DNA of 64,000 nt, taken from the NCBI RefSeq assembly GCF_009914755.1, contig NC_060937.1. One strand, given 5' to 3'. The translations under genes and the position numbers were made by a program. Under the pieces are notes generated by a model. That model made no database searches. It was not told where the DNA came from and saw nothing but the letters and a program-made list of their open reading frames with translations. The first letter of the stretch is position 1; the number at the start of each line of letters is the position of its first letter. This document shows, piece by piece, positions 12,377 to 26,885 of this stretch. Source of the DNA: the human T2T-CHM13v2.0 reference genome, Homo sapiens.

Positions 12377-12940
12377 TGTGATTGGGGGTGTGATTCTTCA
12401 TTTTATACGTCGGCTTGCCTGGGCCATGGATTGCCCAGACTCTTGGTCCCACATTGTTCTGGGTGTGTCTACGCTAGTGTTTCTGGATGAGACTAGCACT
12501 GGTATCGGGAGAATGAGTAGAACAGCTGGCCCTCCCTGCTGTGGGTGGGCCTTGTGCGATCAGTTGAAGATCTCAATAGAACAGAAAGGCAGAGTCAGAG
12601 AGAGCTCCTCCTCCCTGAATGAGGTAGGACATTGCTCCTTCCTGACTTTTAAACACAGGCGGGTATACTGGCACTTCATGGACTTCAAGGCTGCCAGCAT
12701 TTGGACTGGCACTGGCCCTCCTGGTTCTTAGGCCTTGAGACTCCAGCTGGAAATATTCATTGACTTTCTTGCCTGCTGCAGATTTTGGGACTTCTCTTCC
12801 ATAATCACACGAGACATATTTTAAAAATAAATCTCCCTTTCTCTCATAGGATAACTATTTGTCTATCTAACTATCAAATAGGACATACACCTCTATTCAC
12901 AGCCTATTGGCTCCATTTCTTTGGAGAACCCTGAAGAACA
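12377..12940 (+). mobile_element. MLT2-family (ERVL) solo LTR
   Basis: Starts TG; 'ttttatacgtcggcttgcctgggccatggattgcccaga'; ends 'cctattggctccatttctttggagaaccctgaagaaca'. Confidence 0.85.
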
Positions 12941-13015
12941 GAGAGGGCAAATTTATGGGTTTTTTTGGGTTTTTTTCCCACAATGAAAAAAAAAAAAAAA
13001 GAAAAGAAAAGAAAG
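12941..13015 (+). mobile_element. L1MB-type terminal piece with poly(A)
   Basis: 'gagggcaaatttatg...cacaatgaaaaaaaa' resembles the L1MB terminus. Confidence 0.65.
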
Positions 13016-13869
13016 AAATGAGTCCCGCCTCCCCTGGAGGAAGGGGGCAGCCACAGGGATGGGCATCAAAGGTGAGGACTCAGATCACAGGGAAAGGTGA
13101 AACTCCCGGGGAAGATTCCAAACTTGCAGTTATGTTTTGTTTCCTGCTTGTTTTACTCACAGACACTAACTTTGGAGCTTTTTTCCTAATGAAATTGCAA
13201 ATATTTTGTTATGTTTAATCTTGAATGAAGAGGCAGACTGTTATATTAAGAGGCAACCAATGTCATTCCATCTTTTCTTACTACTGAAAACATTACAAAA
13301 AAGAAACCTGAAAATTGGCAGGTAGGCGGCCTCCGCAATAACCCTGACTGGGTAAATTCTTTCTCTCTCCAGGCCAACTGGGGCATGCCTTTCTTGAGGG
13401 TGCTGCAGACTGTGGTCAACAGTGGGATATTCAACTCATCATTTTTCCTCCAAAGTCAATGGAATATAACAACCAATTTACTATCAAAATGGAGTGATTG
13501 AAATTAAAGTATAAGTTTTATAAAATAGCTCTGTACTTCTAGATTTCAGTCCATGTTTTATTTGAACTACCTTGGTTTTCTTATTTCTGGGCCCTGACTC
13601 CATCCAGCCACATCAGAAAAACAAATCACTACTTTATCTGTGTGCCTGTAATTATTTGCAAGGATTTAATCCAGTTACTGCATCAAGTTATTTCAGTTAA
13701 CACAGCATAGCGCTTAGCACAAAGTAACTATTCAATAAATAGTTGTCAAGACAAACTGGAATAGGTTTTCTTGGAAACAACATAGAATGTAGAAATAAAA
13801 ATTTTATCCTATTTCTTATTGGGCAGAAAATGGAGAACAAGAAATCTACACTCATGGAGTGACCATTCT

Positions 13870-14005
13870 ATGCAGGTGCTACGTTCATTCCTTCCTGTTG
13901 GCATGTCACTTAGTTCTCATAGCAACCCTGAGCAGTAGACACTATTGATATTTCTGTTTTAAAGATAAGAAAATTGATACTCAGAAAGGGTAAGTACTGA
14001 CCTAG
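13870..14005 (-). mobile_element. MIR SINE
   Basis: 'ttctcatagcaaccctgagcagtagac...tttaaagataagaaaattgatactcagaaagggtaagt'. Confidence 0.7.
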
Positions 14006-14369
14006 CTTTTCCAAGATGTTTTCAACTGTGTTCATCTGTAATATTTCTTGTTTGTTCACTTTGCTCATTAGATTTGAGAGGAGGAGTTTAACGCCAGATG
14101 TTAGATGACTTTGAGTATGGGCATAGGGATGAGACCTTTTGTCAGAGAAAATACCAAATCTCTCATATCACAGCAAGATCAAAAAATCTTGAAACACATA
14201 CTCACTTACCTAAAAGTGATCATTTTAAGCAACCTAATAACGCCGCCTTGTCTAACATCATCAAGGATTGGAGAAATGCTTCTCTACATCTAGTCTTTTT
14301 GTAAGTACATGTGTTCTTGTTAAACAGGCCAGGTGTTGTCTGCATCTGTCTCCTATATCCTGAGATTCT

Positions 14370-14575
14370 ACTATGAAGACAGAAGACACAGTTTGCATCT
14401 TAGGTCTTTTACTTACTCTTTGTGTGATCTTAGGCAAGTCACCTAAACCTCCACCCACATTTCCACATCTATAAAATGAGAATAATAATGGAATACAATA
14501 AGGCTGATATGAAGATTTGATAAGCTAATGTTTATAAAGTCCTTAGAACATTATAAGTGCTGGGAAAATAGAAAA
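14370..14575 (+). mobile_element. MIR SINE
   Basis: 'tgtgtgatcttaggcaagtcacctaaacctc...ttccacatctataaaatgagaataataat'. Confidence 0.8.
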
Positions 14576-14745
14576 CTGCTGTTTAAATTTTCATTAAGTA
14601 AACAAATATACCAACTATTCTCTGGATAAAGATGGGAGTTTGTCCTTGGATCACATATACTCTTATTTCTACTCTGAAATATTGAAATGCAGGCACCTCT
14701 TTTTGAAACTTTGCCCTTTCCCTAATTTCAATCCTGCATCTCTTT

Positions 14746-15123
<378 letters not shown>

Positions 15124-17929
15124 TAAGTTGACATAAACTTGACCTATTCATCGTCCTCTTTCAGTTCAACTAACACTTTATACATTCATATTTTTTTCCT
15201 ATGAAGGGACAAAAATGACATCTCTGAAGATGCCTGTCCTCTCTATAATGTCACAGTCCTTTGTCTACAGTAGGTACTCAATAACAATTAGCCTCTATTT
15301 TCCATTCTTTTGCCCCTGGTACCATGTTGGCGGGTCTGCTCCCTTATGGCTTGCTCTTACCCTGCCTTTCGCATAATTATTTTCCCCATGACTATCCCCC
15401 TGTCAAAGTCTCATGATTGTTTCACAAACCCTGCATGAATTCACAAGGTCACCTCTGTTTCTTATAATTATCTCCCCGTCAACTCTGGTGGCACCTATGG
15501 CCTATAAGATGATGGTGTGCCAAAATATTGATCCCCTTCGCCTTCAGAGCGAGGTCATAACCTGGAGTGTGTGGATCCCATAGGCCAGCCACTTCCTCTG
15601 AACCAGCTTCATTAACATTGTGTACACACAAACTAACTCTCTGTGTGCCCTGATATAAAAAGGGTGGGGTGCACTGGTCCATACTAGTCATTTGATGCTT
15701 AGAAATTATCTTGAATATATTTTCTTTTACACTAGGTAGGCATTCTTCTAGGTTAAATTATAAACCCTCCTAAGAGTGATAAATATTATCACTTATATCT
15801 TCATCGAGCAGCAATATGGTATCTGCTTGGTGAAATGTGTTTCTTAAAGCAAGTCTCCATGGCATGAGTGTAAGTCTTAACTTTGCTAGTTAAAAGCCTT
15901 ATGGTAAGTTAGACATCCATAATGCCCAATCTGTAAAGTCCTAATCTGCTAAGAGTATAAACTGATGTCCTCCACACAGGACTGGTTTGAGAATTAAATG
16001 AGCAAGTGTATCTGAAGGTCCTGTCGCACAAAAATTTGCAATAAATGACACCACCTCTCTTAAGTAACTTCAAAACCATTGCTGAAGATAAAGAAGATGT
16101 GAAATTAATACCTGCATAAACAAGATGGAAACTTCCTGGAAAAGAAACATCTATTTAAAAGTTAAAAATAAAAGTTTATCATCATAGAAAATGAAAATGT
16201 AAATGTTAAGATTAAAATTCCAACACACTCACACAGCGTTTACGTTTAAAGTGGGCATCATTCTCTAGCTGATTTCTGTCAACACGCTTTCCTAATGATT
16301 AGCCTATTCTTTGTGAGAACTTTCCCCTCACACAGAGATCCCATCACATTGCATAATAATCCAAGGACATTTGCCACTTTTAACAAAGTCTAAGTGTTTG
16401 GGGTTTTCTTTTGCCATACAGGTTGTAAGCAGAACTTATTTTTAATGTCTATTTCAAAACCATTTATGTGTTATTTTTGATGGAAATGTGTTAAAATTGA
16501 AAACAAAATACAGATTTGGTTTTGAAACAGAAACCAGGAAAGCCTCCTGCAAACACACAGGCTACAAGATTGAATTCAGATAACAAGATCCTTACTCTTC
16601 CTTCTTTTAGTCCAAAGCAAATGTCAGTAGCTGCTATTTCATCCCTCCTTTGTAGAACAAATGCCAGACAAGCTGACATATGGAAGACACACAGTGCTTT
16701 GAGGTCATCCGAATATTGATAGAAGTAAAAGGACAAGTCAGTCCCCATGCAGCCCAGTACTCCCCACCCCACAGTGCATTGAGCATGGCCAGCAACAACC
16801 AACTCCAAAACGCCTTGCTGCATCCACCTGCTCCTGGATGACACTAAAACTAAAAACACTCAGGTGCTGTCTGTGGATTGAAATGCAGAAATAACCGCTA
16901 GGTAAGGAAAAATAAAAATCTCTTATAGAGCAAATTTTTCCATATATAATATGAAACATAATGTCTACAAAGAATTATTTTCAATACAAAAATGCCATGG
17001 TTTATATAAAATGGTGTTTTTCCAGTACTATAAATAGATGCACATTTAAGCTAACTTCATAACAGATATCTTCAGTTTGTCTGGAATTTAATCATCCAAA
17101 TAAAAGAAATAAGGTATTTTACATCTTAAATCTTGCATCTTTAAATTGGAACATATTCATATCCTTCAGAACTGAAGCATAAAGATGTTTTAAAATACAA
17201 ACCTGGTATCCATCCTAGGAAGCAAGCTGGGTATTCTCTAGGACATGGGGCCCTGTTTTGTGAAGAGGGAGAGGGAGAGGTCTGATTAAAGGGGTCATTT
17301 AATTTATGATCTGTAGATTTCATTCAACTGTCTTACCAGAGAATCATTCGTAACAGTCAATCTACCAAAGGATTCTATGTTTGGCTTTTTTCTTTTTGCA
17401 TCAATAAAGAAGAACAACATCCTTCCTAGGCACATTATTTACTTAACAACTTAAAGAAGCTTATTGAAGATTTTGATCCTATACACCTTTATGTGAGATA
17501 AGAAAAATCTGTTCTCAAAAATAAAAAATATCTGACCACCACCGCAGTGAATGGTGAAGGACCCATGAGAAAGAACTCAGTGGGTTGAGAAGACAACAAC
17601 TAACTCAAAAGCCACCAACTGAATGAAAACAATAGGCTAAGGCAGGAAAGCCTGGTAGATAAAGCAGCATAGGCAGGACAAGTGCAAAGAAGGCAGCTGG
17701 AGAGGAAAACAAAATAAATCACTTGTTTCAGGAGTGCTGACAATTTTTCCATTTTTTTCTCCTCCATGTTTCTTTTCAGCATTTCTACAGGCACACAAGT
17801 TATCAGTATTTCCATGCTGACCCAATCGACCATAATTCACCACTCTGAATGACACAGATATTTGTGATCACTTCCCCTTGAAATTTTGCTTTATCTCATT
17901 CTTGGAATTGCTTTATAACTAAACTGACA

Positions 17930-18790
17930 AATGCATTTTGTTCATTTGTTTATTTCTTCAACATATATTTATTGAGATAGTCCACAATGAATAAAATAAG
18001 CATGCTCCCTGCTCTCATGTAGCTAATAATTAGAAAAAGAACACAAATGCATTTAAAGCTATTGACAGATCAGGCTAAGTGCTGTGGAGCATATAAACAG
18101 GGCACCGAGAGAGAAAATAAAATAAGGTCGAAAGTAAGACTGGCTGGAAAAAACTCTGTTGGAAGAAAAGAGATTTCAGCTGAGATAGAAACCAGAAGAA
18201 ACAAGCTATTCACAGTGTGGGCAAAACACTCCTAGAGAAAGTAAAGGAAATTGCAAACAGGAACTGTTCAAGGCAGGAAAGAAATTGTTATAAACTGGAC
18301 CTGGTGGAAGGTCACTGTGGCTGCAGTGTTGTGAGCAAAGGGAGGAGGTTGAAGAGGGAGATGGGGCTAGAATATTGTGTGCATTTGGGTTTTGTTTTAT
18401 GATAAGTGTAAAGGCAAGACCCTTGAGTTTTCAATAGAAGACTTATCCTAATTTTTACCTTAAAAAGATGATTTGGCCATTGTGCAGAAAATGAATTAGA
18501 GTCAAAAAGACTGAAAGACAGGAGACCACTTTGAAAGCTTTTGCAGCTCTCAGGTTAGAGAGATGGCAGTGGCCGGACCGGGATGCTAGCCAGGAGCGAA
18601 GACGATGGGTAGCTGAATTTGAGATGCAATTTGGAGGATTTGCTGGAAGACTTCATGTGTGTGTCAGGGATAGGATGGAGAAGACTGTGAAGGAAATGAA
18701 GGAGTAAAGCACTCTGACTGACCACTTGTTAGGTGGCAGTGTCATTTAGGGATACGAGGGATATTGGGGATAGACTGAGGGTCAGGGAAA
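17930..18790 (-). mobile_element. L2 LINE 3' region
   Basis: 'ttcatttgtttatttcttcaacatatatttattgag' (reverse L2 tail) followed by typical purine-rich L2 body. Confidence 0.75.
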
Positions 18791-18971
18791 GTATTGATGC
18801 TTAGTCTGCAGGGGTGGAAAGGAAACCAGACTCACAGTTTGGAGATGGGCTAAGATATAGGAACAATAGCAAAAGCTAAACAACATATTGCTTTATATTC
18901 TTATGTCTGCCCAAACCTCTATATTCCTAGTATTGCTACCTTAGGGGATCCTCACTATCCAATATCAGGAA

Positions 18972-19165
18972 CAGTGCGGTTACACAGAACTTACTGTGAT
19001 GATGGAAATATTCCCATTTGTGCTGTTCACTAAGGCAGCCACTAGCCACGTGTGGCTACCAAGCACTTGCACTGATTACTGTGATGGAGGAATTGAACTT
19101 TTTACTTTCATTTATTTAAATGGCAATAGCCGTGGTGTCTGGTGAACACCTTACCAGGGAGGTAC
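18972..19165. mobile_element. MER3 (hAT-Charlie) DNA transposon
   Basis: 'gatgatggaaatattcc...gcagccactagccacgtgtggctaccaagcacttg' matches MER3. Confidence 0.8.
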
Positions 19166-20958
19166 ATGTCTAGAATATCACCAATGGATTCTATTCCAGA
19201 GACATGAGGACGTTATGTTTATGCGCTCAGGTCGGTTAAGATGTGATGATTCCTCTTTTCCGCACCCTGTTAGAGTGAAAGCACTCAGGCAGTGAGACAG
19301 TCAAGATGTGTACAGAGAGGATGGAAGAGCACTGACCTGGGTTTGTGAGAATCAGCCTTTTGATAAATCAAGAACTTTTATTGATTTGGAGAGAGATCCC
19401 ATCATGAAGTATCTCATTGCCTTGCAGCATAGCCACAGCCCCATGGAACCCTGGTAATCGGTGGGCATTTTGGAAGGAACACAGCTTGATGTCAGAAAAC
19501 TCAGGGATGCCTGATAATGTAAAACGAATTTTAACACGTTGCATTTTTCTTTATTAGATTATGGTAAAATGTGCAATCTGTTGCAAACCTCAAATTTGTA
19601 AAGACTGTAAAAAGCATCAATCATCTAACAAACTTAATTTTTAGAGCAGAATCACAGACTATTCAAACTGGAGGTACTTAGAAATCATCAAGCCTATGAC
19701 TTGAAAGAAGTTGAGTGACTCCCTCAAGTTGCACAACTAGCTAATAGCAGAACTACGACAAGAATGTAGGTCTCCTTATTCTTGGTGTGTACAATTTAGA
19801 CCCTCAGGTAACCATGTCATATGATACGATTTAGCCAAACAACACAAACTGAATCTTTTCATTTTTCCAGAAAAGGCCAATATAAAAATTTTAGAAACTT
19901 GAATGTGTGGGCATCCTGTCATTCTGTCAAATTTCCCTTATGAATAGATTAGGAGTGGAAAGAAACAGGTGTCCTCTTTTTTGTGTGTTCATTATTATGT
20001 AATCTGTCACATATTAATTGAACACTATTTCTGGTGTTTTCCAATTGGCTTTTATCAGGCCTTTTAAACTGAATAATCCCTAATTGTGATGTTTGAAACC
20101 TGTTTCAAAAAAATTCTCCTCTAGGAGAAGAAAAAATAATGCCAATGCTTAGCCAGGAAGCTTCTCATTGAAGTCTAAATGTCCACATCAGAACCACAAT
20201 TTGATGGTGAGCCAGAGAAGAGATTTCAAAAGAATGGTAATGATTTGGACAAAGGGGAAATACCCCTGGTACTTAAAGCCATCAACATCTGAGCCACAAA
20301 GAGACCCATCAAACACTAATAGAGATAATCTATGCAGAGAATAACGTGCTATCATTGGAGTGATACAGGAAAATCTTTAATTGTGTGTGCCATTTGAAAA
20401 TTCTAAGAGGAACAGAAAAGGCTTTGCAATTCTATAATTAGATGTTCACAAATCTGATTCCTAATCAGCTAGACTTTCTCACCTTTATCCACCATGGGAT
20501 GTGTTCCCTATGCCTGGATTCCCTGGTATTGGCAGGAGGTTTCTGATACTGTTGCACCAAAATGACTTGGTCCCAGCAGTGAGCACTCTGGCATCTGTGT
20601 TCTCTATTCCACTACTCTTTGGCCAGTTAGGATAGAAATTGTAACCACTGTGCATGTTTAGTATACAAAAACACTCAACCTACACGTGACAGATATATAT
20701 GGGCCTAAATATTAAGCGTGTTTCCACCTCCGCCACACTTGTCTTTGGTATTCCATTCCCACTGGACTATGTGACAGAGAAGTCTGGAATTGTCTGTGCA
20801 GTGAGGGAATGAGGGAGGTGTCCGCCCATTCTAACTCAAGGCTTCTCCTTATCCCAGTTGATCACTATCCGTGGCTCTTTCTAACTTTGACAAAATGTGT
20901 TTGGTTTATTTGAAGAGAAATGTTAAACCTTGGTACTAGAAGTAATCATTTCTACTGC

Positions 20959-20994
20959 TGTGTGTGAGTGTGTGCGTGTGTGTGTGTGTGTGTG
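20959..20994. repeat. (TG)n microsatellite
   Basis: Directly visible. Confidence 0.95.
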
Positions 20995-21987
20995 TTAACT
21001 TCAGTAGGCAAGGATGCCTGCTACCCAAATCTTCATATTGTTCATGGTACCTGGCTTATTAGGAAGTCAAGTGCAGCATGCGACTGACAAGTAGTTCCGG
21101 ATGAACTTGCAGTTAGTAGTTACATTCTGACTGTTTAAACTCTCCCAGCAACTCCATCACATTCTTCCCATCCTAAATTACAGTGTTAACACTGCAGTCC
21201 ATTATTAACTAGTTAGCACATTTCAAGGACAGTAAGAATATTTCACTATTATCTTTTTAAGTTAATTTTTTCTAGTATTAATATTACTTCAGAATGAAAT
21301 AATTGTAAATACATGTGTGCACATGCCTTTTATTAATGACAATGTTAAGTTTTCTAATATCTATCAAGAAGCTGTGAACTGTGAGAAGATGGCAAAAAAA
21401 TTCTGTTTGATGAACTCTTTAGCTAGGTTGGATGGACATAAAATTATAAAGAACTATTAAGTCATCAGAAGAACAGTCCTAGCAACTAGAGAACCATGTT
21501 TCATAAGTCTGCTATCCCAACTTAACATGCTACTGCTAAGAAGTTCCAGCTTTCAAATGATTGCGTGATTTTTTCCTCTACTATAGGTGTTATTACTTTC
21601 TACATCTAGGTATTCTCGTTCCTTAGGGACAATGCACATTTCTCCCAGTCATGCCTGATTGTAATGTCTGGCTCTCTGCCCTGTCACTCTACCTAAATAC
21701 CAAACACAATAATCCATGAGAAAAATTGAGGCGCTCTGCTCCACTGACACCATGAGGAAGACCTAGAGGAGGCTGTGGCCTTCTGATCACAGCTGAGGCC
21801 GGAATTCAATCCCTGGGTGTCTGATGCAAGCTTAAGTCTAGATAACTGAGTCGGGCAGGGCTCTATCTCCCTCTTTGCTCCAAGGTTGGTTCCACCACGG
21901 ATAACTGGGAATGAGATCCTTCTCTAAACAGAGAAATTTCTGTGATTCATGGAATGACATCTGGAATATGCCCACAAAGCAGTTTTT

Positions 21988-22103
21988 TTTTTCTTTGAAA
22001 CTGAGTCTCACTCTGTCAAGCAAGCTGGAGTACAGTGACGCTATCTCGGCTCACTGCAACCTCTGCCCCCCAGTTTCAAGCAATTCTCCTGTCTCAGCCT
22101 CCA
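21988..22103 (-). mobile_element. 5'-truncated Alu (3' part of right arm)
   Basis: 'tctcggctcactgcaacctctgcc...ttctcctgtctcagcctcc'; TSD CACAAA(G/A)CAGTTTTT at 21973-21987 and 22107-22121. Confidence 0.92.
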
Positions 22104-22132
22104 AAGCACAAAACAGTTTTTCTAAGAATCAT

Positions 22133-22500
<368 letters not shown>

Positions 22501-24019
22501 TTACTCTGTTCCATTGATAATCTGTCTCTGCTGAATTTTGCCTGCTTAACAGAGAGGTAAGCTACTGAAAAGAGAAAAATATACTGTACAGTACCACAAT
22601 GTTGATTTCACCCCAGGGGCTTGCAAATCATTCTGCTCAGATGGGAAATTTAATAATTCGTCAATGAACACACTGCTCTTAACCAATGAAAACCATTCCA
22701 TTTCAGATCCAGCTCAGATTAATTTATTTTTTATTTATTTATGTATTTATTTATTTCGCTTTCTGTAGACAATGAACCCTTTAAGGAACAGTTCTCAGGA
22801 ACTATTATGGTAACTAGGCATAGCAGTAGAAATAAGGTATTTGATCCCATCTACGGAGTTTTCTATCAAAGTGAGAAAAATACATTTATATGAAACCATG
22901 TCAATCTGGGACAGACATTTACAGCACCATATAAAATTGTGGAGCTATTAAACAAACCTGCTTTAACCAACAATATCTACAGTACTCTAGTATGTCAAGA
23001 ACTTGTGTGAGAGGTTACCACTGTTTCCCACGACATGCTCTTAAGAATGTCATGAGTTCTCATCCAAACTTTATTATAATGGTGTCAGTCACCTAGATCT
23101 ATAACTCCCTCATAATTTTGCATGGTAAACATAAATAAAAAGACACATACACATAGTCAACTCTATATTACCTGTTAAAAATTTTCAAGTTCTTATTAAT
23201 ATAATTTTGTTGGGATGTTTAGAAATCTTCTACTGTTTTAATGTCTCCTACCATGACTTCTCTGTATAGCCTGAATTCTGAGTAAAGAAACAAGCAAACA
23301 CCAATTTTCCTGACATGAATTTTCTTCATGGAAATATTGTTTTTCTTGCAAGATTAGGTTATTTAAGGTGACAGTTACATGCCTAGAAAAAACAAATCAT
23401 TTCCAGGCTTGGAAACAGAGTAAAGAAATTAGAAAAAAAAAAAAATATTACTCCCCCTGAGCCATCTTTAAAGTTCCTCCTGAAAATGTTTAGGATGCCT
23501 AAGACTTTTAAGGTCAGAAATATCCCAAAGTCTTATATGAAATATAAGTAAATGTGCCACAGGCACTATTGTTTCATTCTGTTGTATGCATAGTTGAAGG
23601 GCATTGCCCAAATCATATGTAGAAACGCAAAGATTTGGCTTGTTTGCTGTGAACTAAGGGAAGTGAGGTGGGATTGGCCTTCTGTGCTCCCTCAACATCT
23701 CTCAAGAAACCTAAAATGGTCAGTTCATGTATAATAATTAACTAAGCAAATGAAATGGGCACAAATAGAAAACAATAATGAGGAAAGCCTTCATGAACTA
23801 GATAATACTTCGTCAGGGGCTCAAGAAAGGAAAGAGCTTTGGCCCAAAAGATAAGGAATTATTTTCTAGATGGAGAGAAAATGACATGCAAAAGCATTTT
23901 GCAGCAAGACAGTGGATGAAAGTGTATATGGAGATGTGTATAATATGTCAAAACATAACCTGACTGAAGCATCGGTGTATTCCAGTTGTCTGATGAAATA
24001 ATAATCTCATCAGCCCCTA

Positions 24020-24250
24020 TTTGCACAGTACTTTAACATTGGTAAAAATGTTCTGGAATATTATGGCACTAGCTTCCTGATGGAGAATAACTATGATAGA
24101 GGAAAAATCATCCTCATTTTACAAACAAGACAACTGAGGTTCAGAAATGTTAATGAATTATCCAAAGCTACCTACACACAAGAAAATGGTAGAGGGAGTA
24201 TTCGCCGTTCTTCTGACTTTGTAGCTAATGTTCTTCTACTAAGCCACTGT
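24020..24250 (-). mobile_element. MIR SINE
   Basis: 'atcctcattttacaaacaagacaactgaggttcagaaatgttaatgaattatccaaag'. Confidence 0.8.
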
Positions 24251-26269
24251 GTGGTTTACATAAAGGTTAAGTACATGTTACATGTGGATAGTGGGGAGCA
24301 AGGATGGGAAAAACATAAGAAACAAATGAAAGAGCTCTTAAAATTCAATTTATTTTTAATAATGCTTCCCTTCCATGGTATATTAAAGTTCTCATAAAAA
24401 TTCTTAAGAAATCAGAAACTCCTTAATCTGTAGTTCTGGAAAAAACCACAGGATGTCATCCTGTATAATACTTTTTAGGCAAATTATTGTGAGTTTTGAG
24501 ATGGAGAATACAGATTTTTAAAGGACAGCATAAAGCTTCACTTCTTAAAGTAAAACGTATCATTTTAATAGCAGCAGAGCACTTTAATATATAGATGTTT
24601 ATAGAAGGATGCTTGGGTTCTTTCAAATTTTTGCTGTGAAACTTTTGAATAGTAAATTATAAACACAAACATAACTAAAATGTAGTTTGATTTATCCATA
24701 GCAACGGCCTTTGCCATGTAGCTACCAGTACTACTCAATTCCTCACTGCATTAAGCTCTTCCACTGCTTTCTCAGCAAGGAATAATGGTTGCTTATCTTC
24801 CTAATAAAGGAGGGGGGTGCAGAAAGAGATATGAGATTATGAAAAAGATGCTCATGCTCAAAATCTTGGAGGAAAACACTAGGTTGTATTTTTCCAGAGG
24901 AAAAAGTAAATCACTCAAATGTTCTAACCCGTAGACATTTCCAAATCTCTATTCTTATGCACAGTTTTATTCTCCATAACCCAAGGCTTTTTCAGCACAC
25001 ATTCATCTAACTCTATGAATATGATTCCAACTGTCTACTGTGGCCCCTAATTGGGCTGAGGAATTGGCATCCCTTATGGGCAGATGCAGAACTCACACAC
25101 GGAGTACCACTTTTTCTTGCCTTTAAAGATTACATTTCCACTAGCACCTGATAATTTGATCTTAGCCTATCTCTACTTGCAGCTTTAGGTAGACACAGCA
25201 CTAGATTCATCTCCACCCTCAGGCAATGTACTTGAGAAACAATGAAATGTGGTTCAATGTTTTTGATAAAAGGGGCTAAACGAAAAGCACCTTAATGATT
25301 AAGAAAGATGTTGACTTTCTTGCGTTTAGCAGAAAACAGCACAAAGAGATAAGCTACCTACTACAAATTATTAGCTGTGTCTTAAGTGATAAACTATTTA
25401 ATGTAGATGTTATTATTAAGGTGTTATTTAGCACAGCATGTCAAAAAGTATCTTAGGGACATTGCAAAACTGATTTCCCATCTTTCATGTCTATATATGT
25501 TAGTGCTGCATTTTATGTGAGGCACCAACAGTCTAAACAAAATGTTTCTAGATCACAATTTATGAATTACATGCTTGAAAAATAAGTTATAAGGTCTTAT
25601 TTGCTCCAATATCCATTTGATCCTAATGTTCATTTCTTCTTCACCATTCCCTCATATAGCCATTCATCTATCTTCCAGGCCAGCAGAATTTTATAGTTTC
25701 CCCAAAAGGATAATATTTCTAAAATAAATAAGCTTCCTAGACTGGAGCTACACTACACCAACAAAACCTGTTGAAAAATGAAAATTCATTTCTACCTGAC
25801 ACTAAATAACTGTTTTGACTGATTATTTTCTCTGAACTGACAGGTTGTTCGGGCAATGTAGACACAAGCTTAGTCAATTTAGCACACGAATGATACATGA
25901 GGGGTTCCATATTCAAAGCAGAAAAACTGTACAGTTATTCACTGAATACTGAGGGCATTTGCTGGGCTCAATAATGCTTATTTTAAAAGAAGTATTCATG
26001 ATGTAGATTATGAAGGTCGTTTCTTTTTAACTTGTTAATCTTATGAACAACATAAGATTGGAAAATATTGGCAATGGTTAATAGATTTCATTAATAACTG
26101 ATGAGGTGACATCTATGTCAAAGACTTCAAAAACTATACTGAGTTACCACCTTCATAAGTCTATCATAATCACGTACACTCTATAAAAGTTATATGCAAA
26201 ACTGTTCCTTGCATTATTATTTATAACTGAAAAAGTAGAAACAAGCAGAAAGATCTACAATGAGATACT

Positions 26270-26885
26270 GGCTAAGGGAAACCCTCATACACAGTTGGTA
26301 GAAATACAAATTAGTACAGCCACTATACAGAACAGTATGAAAGTTCCTCAAAAAACTAGCAATAGAACTACCATATGATCCAGCAATTCCACTACTGGGT
26401 ATATACCCAAAAGAAGAAAGGAAATCAATAGATAAAAGAGATACCTGCACTCCTGTGTTTTTTGGAGCACTATTCACAATAGCCAAAATATGGAATCAAT
26501 CTAAGTGGCCATCAATGGATGAATGGATGATGAGAATGTGTAAATATATAAAATGGAATATTACTTAGCAATTTAAAAAGAATAAAATGTCATCATCTGC
26601 AGCAATAGTAACCTCTGTTTCCTTGGATGAAACTGGATATCATTATGTTAAATGAAATAATCCAAGCACAGAAAGACAAATATCACATGTTCCCACTCAT
26701 GTATGGAAGCTAAAAAAGTGGATCTCATGGAGGTTGAGAGTAGACTGGTGGTTCCCAGAGGATGGGAAGGGGTGGGAGGAGGAGACATGAAGGGCCAAAA
26801 TGACATAAATGTATTCATTACCACTGAACTATACAGGTAAAGATGGTAAACTATATATGCATACTCTACCACAATAAAAACAAAC
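26270..26885 (+). mobile_element. L1MA-type 3' end
   Basis: 'aatagaactaccatatgatccagcaattccactactgggtatatacccaaaag...ctaccacaataaaaa'. Confidence 0.9.

Noticed and set aside
13020-13055. GC-box and CTCF-like 'ggaagggggcagcc'
   Set aside because: Lacks the CC-A-S-Y 5' half of the CTCF core; weak match
14201-14216. Minus-strand donors (TAG|GTAAGT here; also ~46945 and ~49580)
   Set aside because: No convincing partner acceptors or open frames on the minus strand
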